A stretch of 64,000 nucleotides of DNA, taken from an uncultured Nitrososphaeraceae archaeon. GTDB lineage: Archaea > Thermoproteota > Nitrososphaeria > Nitrososphaerales > Nitrososphaeraceae. Location of the stretch: NCBI GenBank assembly GCA_963779615.1, contig CAVZZA010000003.1, positions 1,056,001-1,120,000 of the forward strand, written 5' to 3'. The notes under the pieces were generated by a model. It saw only the letters and a program-made list of their open reading frames with translations, was not told the DNA's origin and ran no database searches. The translations under genes and the position numbers were made by a program. Shown here one piece after another: positions 22,171 through 32,056 of the stretch. Numbering within the stretch: position 1 is the stretch's first letter; every line of letters starts with the position of its first letter.

Positions 22171-25100
22171 GCGGCAGTAAAAAAAACGGAAGGAAAAACA
22201 AATCAATTATAAAATACGGGCTGACTTTCCTAAAGCGATACAGAACCAAACTTTCTTTTGCAATATTTTGGTCCATCCTTTTTGTTATAATTCCAATGCA
22301 AATACCAGTAATTACGGGCACGTTAGTTGATGGATTGGGTGCAAGCGGTGAAAATCCAATTTCATTCTACAGTATTGAAATTGGCAAGACTCCTTATGAT
22401 GCTTTAAAGTTCGGCATTGTCAGCCTGTTGAGTGTTTCTTTGCTATATGGCATTACAGCTTATATGAGAATTTCCCGTGCATCAATTGTTAGCAGGAAGT
22501 TTGTTTTTGAGCTTCAAAGGGCAATAGTTCAAAAATTAGAATTCCTATCCTTGGATGTCCATAGAAAATATGGTTCTGGCGACCTTTTAAACCACATAAT
22601 AGTGGATACCAACAATGTAAGGCCCTTTGTGGAAACAACAGTTATAAAAACAATAACCAACATTGCCAGAATATCATATCCTCTTGTTATACTTGTTCTT
22701 ATTGATCCCTTTCTGGCAATGGTTGCATATTCAATATTGCCTGTTCAATATTTATCCATAAGAAAGATTCAGTCAAAAATAAGCCATGTGTTGGCACAGC
22801 AGAGAAATGATAAATCAAGGTTAACCACACTGTTAAAAGAAAATCTTGACAATATCGAAACCATCCAATCGTCCAGTGCTGAAAAAAACTTGATAGGAAA
22901 AATAACAAGCGATATTGGACAGATTGAGTCATCGCAAATAAAGGCTCAACGCCAATATGGAATTATGATGGGTTGTGCATACGGTTTAACAGCATTGGGT
23001 ATGGCATTGATTTGGTGGTTCGGAGGACAAAAAGTTTTGCATAATGAAATCACTCTCGGTCAACTTGTAATATTCTCAGGGTTTCTTCTCTTCGCTTATG
23101 AGCCAGTCCGATACTTTACCAGGAACGTAAAAGATCACCACAGGAGCATTATCGCATTGAAACACATACGAGCGGTTTTAGAGATACCCTCTTCTATTAA
23201 TGAGGAATATGACGCTCCAGGTTTAAGAGCATCAAACTGCAACATAGTTTTTCAGCATGTCTCTTTTTCCATTGGTAAAAAAAATAAAAGCATACTAAAG
23301 GATGTTTGTTTAGACATAAGCCCCAAAAGCATTACGGTGCTTGTTGGGAAAAGCGGATCTGGGAAAAGCTCTATTTTGAAATTGATTATGCGATTATATG
23401 ATCCCTCTGAAGGGAAGGTATTGATTGACGGGCAAGACATTAAGCATGTTTTGGTATCTTCCCTAAGATCACAAATTGCCCTGGTGCCTCAGAGTCCTGT
23501 AGTGTTTTCTGGAACAATCAAAGAGAATATTCGCTTGGCAAACCCTGATGCCTCAGACAAGGAAATTGAAGAGGCATGCATTGCTTCGGATGCTTTATTG
23601 TTTATTAATAAATTTGAAAAGGGATTAAGTACAATCGTTGGTCAAGGGGGTGTACATTTGTCGGGTGGGGAAGTTCAAAAAATAGCTATTGCAAGAGCAT
23701 TGCTGAAGAAACCAAAAATATTATTATTGGACGAGCCCACATCTGCAATAGATACTGAATCTGCAAAGCACATCATGAATACATTGAACAGCTTAAGAAA
23801 GTCCATGACAATCGTCGTTGTAGATCATAGCATAAATTCAGTTGTTCAAGCAGACAATGTGATTACCATAAATGACGGGGTTGTGGTCGATACCAAAAGT
23901 AGAACGATGGTAAAAGAACTTTACAATGGATCGTATCTTGCTTACTCTCAGGACAATTTTAGCTATACGCTTTTAAATCATAATCAAACTAATATATTCC
24001 CCAACGGAATAAGTGGTATGGCATCAGATGTGGATGTTCCGCAGGGTGGAAGCATTGAAGGAAATAGCATAGATTACAGGGTCATTGGTAGAACCACCAA
24101 TAAACGGCGGATAGATGTTGTCTTTGTCGGTGATCAAAATAATCCGAAATTAAAGGTTTTCGTCTTTGCAGGGCAACATGGTGATGAAAAAGGTAGCAGG
24201 CAGTCGGCCCTGAGGCTAATCGATCATCTGATAAAAACCAAAGAGTTCCCCGATATCTGTGTCGGTGTTTTGTCTAATGCAAATCCTGATGGAGCCTTCA
24301 AAAACAAACGTCAAAACACTGCAGGAATTGATTTGAACAGAGACCACTTGTTATTAATGTCGGAAGAAAACCGCGCAATACATTCCTTTATTCAATCTTG
24401 GAAGCCAAATGTAATAATAGATGTCCACAACTATCCGCCTGTAAAGGAATACTTGAAGAAGAATAACTATGCATTTTACCAGGACGTGCTCATAGACGGG
24501 CCCACCAATCCCAGCATTATCAAAAAATTTGATAAAGATCAATTTGGTAGTTTATTGAATCATTTGCAATTGGATCTAGGCAAGTTTAACTATAGTTGTG
24601 ACAGGTATGTGTTAATCGATCCAGAGGGCAGGGCAAGGCATAGTACAGACGATATTGTTGATGCAAGGAATTTTTTGTCGTTAAGGCATAACGCTTTAAC
24701 CATCTTGGTTGAAGGAAAAGAACCCCTGCCTGGAAAAGATAAGGATCAGCAGTTAGAGCGCAGTATTTCTGCGCAATATCTTGCTCTCGTATCTATCCTA
24801 AAGTGGATCACCCAAAACAAATCCATCATACTTGAGAATCCCCAAACTGCAAATGAAAAAGCAGACAGGATTTCAATTAGATACAAGTTCAGCGAACCTG
24901 AAAAAAACTTTAAAATGAAATTTCTAAATACAGTTTCTAATGAAATTGAAGAATTTGCCATTCCTGCTTATGAATCATCTTTGGAAGACAGGAGAACTGT
25001 TAAAATGCCTTATGCGTATGCAATTCCAGGCAGCAAAGACAAATTGTTGGCCATTTTGCATGGTCACGGTTTTACCTCCACTAGGCTGGATAAATCAGAA

Positions 25101-25403
25101 TTATTCAAAGTACAGAAATATCTCGTGCTAGCATGCGAGCCTTCAAAAGCCAGCACAAAAAGAAAACCAAGGCCGCCTACAAACGTCCGATTGATAACCC
25201 TTGAGGAAGAAAAAGATTTATCGGGTTATGTTATTTTTAACACCAGTCAGGAGGGAGGATATTCACTGCCGCTCTTATTAGAACCTCAATCAGAATATGG
25301 GCTCACACGGTATGAAGAGTTGGGTTTAGACGTTACCCCAACGAAAGATTTTGATGCTTTAAGAATAACAGACAAAAAGTTCAGAGACATCCATAATAAT
25401 TGA
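22167..25403 (+). CDS. ABC exporter (TMD plus NBD) fused to a C-terminal M14 zinc carboxypeptidase domain
   Basis: TM helices, GKSGSGKS, LSGGE, LLDEPT; then GQHGDE, NPDG, RQN..GIDLNRD and IDVH M14 motifs; overlaps the upstream stop (ATGA). Confidence 0.88.
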   Translation: MSGSKKNGRKNKSIIKYGLTFLKRYRTKLSFAIFWSILFVIIPMQIPVITGTLVDGLGASGENPISFYSIEIGKTPYDALKFGIVSLLSVSLLYGITAYMRISRASIVSRKFVFELQRAIVQKLEFLSLDVHRKYGSGDLLNHIIVDTNNVRPFVETTVIKTITNIARISYPLVILVLIDPFLAMVAYSILPVQYLSIRKIQSKISHVLAQQRNDKSRLTTLLKENLDNIETIQSSSAEKNLIGKITSDIGQIESSQIKAQRQYGIMMGCAYGLTALGMALIWWFGGQKVLHNEITLGQLVIFSGFLLFAYEPVRYFTRNVKDHHRSIIALKHIRAVLEIPSSINEEYDAPGLRASNCNIVFQHVSFSIGKKNKSILKDVCLDISPKSITVLVGKSGSGKSSILKLIMRLYDPSEGKVLIDGQDIKHVLVSSLRSQIALVPQSPVVFSGTIKENIRLANPDASDKEIEEACIASDALLFINKFEKGLSTIVGQGGVHLSGGEVQKIAIARALLKKPKILLLDEPTSAIDTESAKHIMNTLNSLRKSMTIVVVDHSINSVVQADNVITINDGVVVDTKSRTMVKELYNGSYLAYSQDNFSYTLLNHNQTNIFPNGISGMASDVDVPQGGSIEGNSIDYRVIGRTTNKRRIDVVFVGDQNNPKLKVFVFAGQHGDEKGSRQSALRLIDHLIKTKEFPDICVGVLSNANPDGAFKNKRQNTAGIDLNRDHLLLMSEENRAIHSFIQSWKPNVIIDVHNYPPVKEYLKKNNYAFYQDVLIDGPTNPSIIKKFDKDQFGSLLNHLQLDLGKFNYSCDRYVLIDPEGRARHSTDDIVDARNFLSLRHNALTILVEGKEPLPGKDKDQQLERSISAQYLALVSILKWITQNKSIILENPQTANEKADRISIRYKFSEPEKNFKMKFLNTVSNEIEEFAIPAYESSLEDRRTVKMPYAYAIPGSKDKLLAILHGHGFTSTRLDKSELFKVQKYLVLACEPSKASTKRKPRPPTNVRLITLEEEKDLSGYVIFNTSQEGGYSLPLLLEPQSEYGLTRYEELGLDVTPTKDFDALRITDKKFRDIHNN

Positions 25404-25709
25404 AATGATTGTTAACCGCACTTTTTGGTTTGTTCAATGAGACTCTAAAGCACAATTATCATTATTTAGACTCAAGTTTAGACGGAATAACTTCCCCATA
25501 GAAACGAATGGTAATTTTAATAAGAATACGCAGGTGCAGCCAGTCTCCTTGACCTTGTGTTCAGTATGACCTCAAGCTAGTGAACTCAGGCCAGCCTGCA
25601 ATCCATATCCTCCCACAATCAGAGTAATCACTCAAGTGACTTTGAAAATGTACCAATTAGCATAAACACAAAAACAATCTACAACCTTCATTTATCTAAC
25701 GTGTTCTCA

Positions 25710-26430
25710 ATGATGTTGACGACCAAATCCAAATTGGTTAGTTCCTACAAAAAGGAAACAGACTCAGAGGTTAAGGAAAGACTGCCATTAGTTATCAGGT
25801 AAGAGAAGACGGACGCATTCCTTTTCTTGTTGTTATGGTGATGAAAAGAAGCTACCCTTGGGCGGGGCTGGCTAAAAAGATATGATAAGGAAGGCATTGA
25901 GGGACTGAAGGATAGGACAAGAAGCGGCAGAACACCTGAGATATCACAAGAGACTTCCAGTCAAATAAAAAAAGAACTAGCTGGCTCCAAACAGGGCGGG
26001 ACAACAAAACAGGTGGAAGAGCTGTTTGTGGAGAAAAGCGGCACAAAATACCATTATACCCACACATACCGCATACTTCGCAAATGGGGTTTCAAGCAGA
26101 AGGTGCCAGGAAAAGCGCATGTCACCACGGCATCCAAAGATGAGAAAGAGGCTCTCAAAAAAAGGCCACAGAGCATCGCCGCACCACAGGCCAAGGAAGG
26201 TTAGGAAGTATTTTGGCAGGCATAAAGGCAGCCTGATATCAGTATACCTTCCAACCGCATCACCAGGGTTTATGGTGATGTAGGGCGGTATGGAACATGG
26301 CCAAACGAGATTTGTTTATCCTAGAACACTAGTCATCATTTACCGATTTTAAAAACAAGATATCTCTTTTTCAGAACAAAAAGATTCGGTCTTGATGCGA
26401 GAAACTATCTTCTTAGGAATACACTTTAGG
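25710..26430 (+). mobile_element. degraded IS630-family transposase remnant
   Basis: Fragments YKKETDSEVKERL, EGLKDRTRSGR, YRILRKWGFKQKVP and YLPTASP with stops and frameshifts. Confidence 0.8.
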
Positions 26431-27035
26431 AAACTAAGGCTAATCGGTATGTCATCATCAAATTGACATATGGTGGGCGGGCAAGGCTATTGCCAACAAC
26501 AACTAAGGCTAATAACGGAATACATGCATACAGTGCTTTACTAAAATCCTTTACCCCAATTTAAACACCATCAGAAAGGCTCGAATCCTCAGCAATCACA
26601 TATACCCTGGGTAATAGGGTTTGACCGCTTATCCGAGCAGTTTACGACTGAAGGTATGGACTTTACAACAAAACCCAAACAAAATGATATGGCAATAATT
26701 AGCATACAGCAAGTATTTTCATAGACACGGGCTTTGGGCGCTTGCTTGGAAATGCTGGTATCGTTGCGGTAGTTTCAACAGGCATTGCTGCAGAATTCGG
26801 TTAGAATCCAGTGCCAGGGATGCGTTCAACAGAGGGTTCTATTCTGTAGTAGTTGTTTTGAGAGCACTGTACATGTTTTTCCAGTCCACCTCCTTTTTCT
26901 TTTCTGGCCGTTGTTTATTGCCAAGCCTTCCTGCGACTTGCCTTGGGCCCAAACCCATGTTCTCTGGCATTTCGGAGGATTCAGGGGTTTGCGGGTTGTC
27001 GGTGGCAGACAACCATCCACAGTTGACCCCCTGAA

Positions 27036-29006
27036 TCACCTTGGCAGCAATGCCCTGTGCATGTCCCACAGTATCAGTGTGTATTCGGACAGAAATGGCG
27101 GTCCCCCGCCAAAGTTTCGGGGCTCGCCACCGCGTGCAAACTGACAAGATTCGTCTCTTACCTGAACTGGCGCAGAATCCAGCTTTACCGGCTTGCTTGC
27201 CTCCTTGAAGACAACAGTGCTCTTGCTGTCATAGTTGCAGTCACCAGTCCTTGTCAGCGGGAGGTTGATTTCATCTGCAACGGATTGCTTTTTGAGCACC
27301 AGCCTCTTGTCGCCTGTGTTGAGCCCAAACCAATCCTCAACTCCGGCACCAGTGGATGGGTTTATGAAATCTACACGCATCCACTGCCAGCCACTTGTTG
27401 GGGTGCCATCCCTGCGCTGAAGGTCCGGCAGGGTTATCAGTTTGCCTGCGTCTGCCAACTCGGGTATCGGGACATCCCTTAGCCTGAGCGTGGTCTGTTC
27501 ACTGGTGTACACCATTGATATTTGTGTCAGGATGTTTTTGACCTCTAGGAGTGGGTACCTTGCCGGTGGTGGCTGCTCTCTGAACAGATCGTAATGATCT
27601 TTGTCCTGCACCATGACTGGCAGGTCAAACTCCCCATCCAGCCCCGCAATTCTGATTTTTCCTGGTTGCTCTTTTCTCTTGGATGAGTCATCTCCCACCC
27701 CATTAGGCCCGTATCCAAATGCAGACAGGAATTGAGGCGCCACGTCTGTGGTCGTTGCCCCAGTGTCAAAATTGTATTCCACTGGTTGGCTCCACGTTCC
27801 ATCTGGCAGCTTCAATTGAATAGGCAATATAGTCCTGGTTTCTGAACTTGTGAGGTTATAAACAAGAGTACTCTTTGGTTGTGACAGTATCCGAACCTCA
27901 GTTATTGAGGCCCATAGATTTTCAGTATTTCCGTTAACAGTTATCCTCACATATTTGGCATGTAATGTAGAGTTTGGAATAAGATAACGCTCCAGATAGT
28001 TAGTCTTTCCGCCGCTTTTGGACGAAAACACATTCACAAAGTTAGAGCCATCGTTAGAAGCAGAGACAGTAAACGCACTTGTCCTAAGATCGCCCCTTTG
28101 CCAGGCAATGTCAATGGCGCATACCACTGTACTGGGTTCAAGTTCATACTGAATATAAGATCCAATACCATAGTCACCCCATCTGGTGTCAAAGTTTTTG
28201 TCAAGGGTATTTTGCGGAACCTTAGTGCCATCATAACCACTTGAGCGAACTCCAAGTATCTTTGACTCGCCACACCCGGCAGTGGGAACAGTTGAGGACG
28301 GCTTTGACAGTATTTGAACCTCAGTTATTGAGGCCCAGTTATTTTCCGTGTTCCCATTGACAGTTATCCTTATGTATTTGGCCTGAAGATCGGGGTACTC
28401 AACAACATAACGCTCATAAGAGTTTGTCTTTCCGCCGCTTTTGGACGAAAACACATTCACAAAGTTAGAGCCATCGTTAGAAGCAGAGACAGTAAACGCA
28501 CTTGTCCTAAGATCGCCCCTTTGCCAGGCAATGTCAATGGCGCATACCACTGTACTGGGTTCAAGTTCATACTGAATATAAGATCCAATACCATAGTCAC
28601 CCCATCTGGTGTCAAAGTTTTTGTCAAGGGTATTTTGCGGAACCTTAGTGCCATCATAACCACTTGAGCGAACTCCAAGTATCTTTGACTCGCCACACCC
28701 GGCAGTAGGATCCGAGGCTAAAGATGCAGAAGGAGATATTTGGGAAGATGATGATGGGGTTTTGTACTGCAAAGGATCAGCATCAGAAGGTAAAGGTGCA
28801 GAGCGGGTGGATTTGGGGGAGGATGATGGGGTTTTGTACTGCAAAGGATCAGAGTACCTAAAAATAGGGACATCAAGATACTTGTCAAATAATTCAGAAA
28901 CAGATGATGCGGCATAAATCTTGGTAACAAGATCAGGCATGCCAGGCATAGCAAAGATTAACATTAAAACAACAGATGCGGATAACAAGCGGTTATATTT
29001 TATCAT
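27036..29006 (-). CDS. secreted protein with two discoidin (F5/8 type C) domains and a C-terminal aspartic-protease-like domain
   Basis: Signal peptide; duplicated NTLDKNFDTRW...YIRITVNGNTENNWASITEV domains; YNFDTGA and FGLNTGD motifs. Confidence 0.8.
   Translation of the reverse strand: MIKYNRLLSASVVLMLIFAMPGMPDLVTKIYAASSVSELFDKYLDVPIFRYSDPLQYKTPSSSPKSTRSAPLPSDADPLQYKTPSSSSQISPSASLASDPTAGCGESKILGVRSSGYDGTKVPQNTLDKNFDTRWGDYGIGSYIQYELEPSTVVCAIDIAWQRGDLRTSAFTVSASNDGSNFVNVFSSKSGGKTNSYERYVVEYPDLQAKYIRITVNGNTENNWASITEVQILSKPSSTVPTAGCGESKILGVRSSGYDGTKVPQNTLDKNFDTRWGDYGIGSYIQYELEPSTVVCAIDIAWQRGDLRTSAFTVSASNDGSNFVNVFSSKSGGKTNYLERYLIPNSTLHAKYVRITVNGNTENLWASITEVRILSQPKSTLVYNLTSSETRTILPIQLKLPDGTWSQPVEYNFDTGATTTDVAPQFLSAFGYGPNGVGDDSSKRKEQPGKIRIAGLDGEFDLPVMVQDKDHYDLFREQPPPARYPLLEVKNILTQISMVYTSEQTTLRLRDVPIPELADAGKLITLPDLQRRDGTPTSGWQWMRVDFINPSTGAGVEDWFGLNTGDKRLVLKKQSVADEINLPLTRTGDCNYDSKSTVVFKEASKPVKLDSAPVQVRDESCQFARGGEPRNFGGGPPFLSEYTLILWDMHRALLPR
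27890..28705 (-). repeat. 423-bp-period near-identical tandem duplication encoding the two discoidin domains
   Basis: Shadow ORFs 28034..28273 and 28457..28696 are identical, offset 423 bp. Confidence 0.9.
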
Positions 29007-30512
29007 GGGTATCCACCCCCAATTATTTTTGTATTTATTTGTAAATATTTACCAATTCCGATTGGCAATAGTGCACTATTTATACTCAACTTAAAGAGGT
29101 AAGATAATTTGATATATATGGGACGCTTGATTATATTACAAAAAAAAGGTTACATGGCCTGTTCCCTAGATTTTAGGTTTAATAATTCTGGTTATTATGA
29201 AACTGTATAACTATTACTATAATTTAGAATATAAAACAAACATTGTAAAATTTTAATGCATAATCCATTATGCTTCAATGACCACATCCTCTCATCAAAC
29301 TCTGGCTCATTTGCGGGCTGATTGTTTTTGTTTGTCCACACCATTCTATTCCTTGCTAATCAAATTTTGCAGTGTCCTTTTGGCCTTCAAGGATTGGATT
29401 TCTGACTTGGAAGGAAATGACACATTTGAGGTAGACAAGCAAAAAGTGTTGAAAGGTGTAAAATATGGTCTAATTATTAAGTGGTCTTGATGGAATTATT
29501 TTCTATCCGAATACACCAAAAAACAGTTATCAAACATATTTCACACATCCAAAACTAATCGCCTTCGAAATTGATTTACTTGTATTATTGATTTGCCATA
29601 AGGAGTAGAGGCAATAATCGGGTGGTTCCAACGTTTCTCAAGGCAATTGACAAACAGAGAATCAAGAGTGTTTTTGACTCTGTCTTTCCTTCTGGTCCCT
29701 CAACCAAATAAGACGGAATCATATTTTTTTGAATTGTGCAAAATTCTTATGGTTTCTAAACAAAGTAACAAATTTATTTTCTTCGAGTTCCAATGTATGG
29801 AACTATGTGTTGATTTTAATGTAACGTGTTTTTCTACCCTGTCCCTATTCAAATGTGAGTACACATTGATAGAATATATGAACATGTTCATTTTACTCAA
29901 ATGAATTGATATGTACATATATTATCAACACTAATTCCATTACATAACCATGCTAAAGGTAACAGATTATTAGATTTACAAATCAACATGTCACACATAA
30001 CACAACATATGAATATGTTCTTGTTAACAACGTGTTCTAATAAGATTTGCTACCTTCAACAATGACCAATCTAACTATAAATTTGGACGATTAGAATACG
30101 TAAATAGTTGTATTATATCAATGACACATGTATTATCCTGTGTCAAATTCCTTATTTCGAGAAATTAAAAAGACAAAGACCGGTTCTCGGGTCTTGACAG
30201 ATAATATTTATTAGAAAATGAGAATCAAGTTTCTTGGTTTTATGTGTTTTCAAGCAGATTATAAAATTTATATATAAGGGATCATCATGATAATCGTTTT
30301 TCATCGCTTTTGTTGTTGTGGATGTTGATACTGCTAAAGATGCGGCCATCAATATCATATGCAAAGGTATTTTCTGATAATTAAACACACCATATCATTG
30401 ATTTAAACACATTAAACATGAACCAAAAGAATAATATTATACCCATTATATCTAAAGAGGTTACCTAAAGAATACAATCATCGGACAGATTAATAAATAG
30501 GAGGTAGACAAA

Positions 30513-31763
30513 ATGAAAGGGGTAGTAAAAAAAATTCCGGATAAGTTAAGTAATGATTTAGATCTCAACTATGATAAAAACATTGGAAATGAATTCAAAA
30601 TCCTTTTTGTTGGTGATACAACTTTTGGAGAAAACTATGTTAATGATTATGGATCCCGAAAGGATATCGGATATAATCCCTTAGAAAGGTTTGACCGCGA
30701 CTATTTTTTCCAAAAGGTAAAGCCCATTTTACTTGAATCCGATTTGGTTATTGCAAACCTTGAAACACCACTGATAGATGTGAATAATACCGTGAGACCC
30801 ACTTTTCCAGTTTCCTCCACTAACCGTTACGGCAAAAAGAATGGTGTATATCAGCACTGGACAGATAAAACGAAAACTGTCAAATATTTGAAAAAATACA
30901 ATATCCTCAATGTGTCATTGGCAAATAACCATGTGCTGGACTACGGAATTGACGGTTTACACCAAACTCTGGATAAGCTGGAAGAAAGCGGAATAAGATT
31001 CTTTGGTGCAGGTGTTAACAGAAGGCAAGCTGGCACACCATATACAAAAAACATCTTTATCGGGCACACAACGGTGAAACTTGCGGTTATCTCCGCCTTT
31101 GAATACCGCAAGGGATATGACGAGGACTTCTCTTTTTACGCAAGTGACATGAAAGGAGGAGTAAACAGGCTTTCACTTAATAGAATCCACCAAAAAATAA
31201 AAAAACTAAGAGAAGACAACAACAATGTCTTCGTTGTTGCATTTCCCCATTGGGGGGGACGCCGTAACTATGGCTGGAAGACAGACAAGCAGACAAGACT
31301 AGGGCACCAACTTGTAGACGCGGGGGCAGATCTTGTGATTGGTGGTGGTCCCCACAATATGCAACAAATCGAAGAATACAAAGGACGGCTGATTTTATAC
31401 AGCATTGGAAATTTTCTGTATAATTCTTGGGGCAATTATGGTAACTTCAACGCCATTCCTTTCAGTTTGGCAGTAAGGTTGGTATTTCAAACAAACGATA
31501 TAAAAAACCCGACCAATCAACCTGAACAAGATAATGCTGACAATGACATCCCCTTAGCAAAAGTAAAAAAAATACTCAAGGTATACCCCATTAAGACAGA
31601 CAATAGTGAGACGAATTTCCAAGGAAGATTCTTGGAAGAACAGGAGTTTAAGATTGTCCATGATATACTGACAGACAAAAACTCTTTTCTAAAATCCTCA
31701 AAAAGACCTACGAAAGCAGGGATTGACAAAATAGGCCGATTTGTAGAAGTGCACTTGGATTAG
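30513..31763 (+). CDS. CapA/PGA_cap family metallophosphoesterase-like protein
   Basis: FVGD, ANLE, SLANNHVLDYG, PHWG, GADLVIGGGPH and YSIGNF motifs. Confidence 0.9.
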   Translation: MKGVVKKIPDKLSNDLDLNYDKNIGNEFKILFVGDTTFGENYVNDYGSRKDIGYNPLERFDRDYFFQKVKPILLESDLVIANLETPLIDVNNTVRPTFPVSSTNRYGKKNGVYQHWTDKTKTVKYLKKYNILNVSLANNHVLDYGIDGLHQTLDKLEESGIRFFGAGVNRRQAGTPYTKNIFIGHTTVKLAVISAFEYRKGYDEDFSFYASDMKGGVNRLSLNRIHQKIKKLREDNNNVFVVAFPHWGGRRNYGWKTDKQTRLGHQLVDAGADLVIGGGPHNMQQIEEYKGRLILYSIGNFLYNSWGNYGNFNAIPFSLAVRLVFQTNDIKNPTNQPEQDNADNDIPLAKVKKILKVYPIKTDNSETNFQGRFLEEQEFKIVHDILTDKNSFLKSSKRPTKAGIDKIGRFVEVHLD

Positions 31764-32056
31764 GATCCATAAAAAACTATATCAGCAATGAAACAAACCA
31801 TTTGTAAAAACCACCTTTTAAGTATAAGATACTCGCATCTTTTCCCGTAACGCCCAAAAAAAGTGATACAAATGTTCCAATAATTAATAAGTTTATGTTG
31901 ATATCCCCATAGTTTCAGTTTCCTGAAACACAATTATGTATAAATTTAATAATAGTAAAATTTGGCTAATTAGAGGGTCATCTTTCAGATTATCTGTGCA
32001 TCATTTCCTTTAACCTAATGGAATGCCAAAAGGTTAAAGGAAACATTTTAGGCCAA

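Noticed and set aside
26577-26592. GGCTCGAATCC T-loop-like motif
   Set aside because: No acceptor-stem similarity or second copy; likely chance
29278-30388. Short ORFs between the discoidin gene and capA
   Set aside because: No recognisable motifs; consistent with chance ORFs in intergenic DNA
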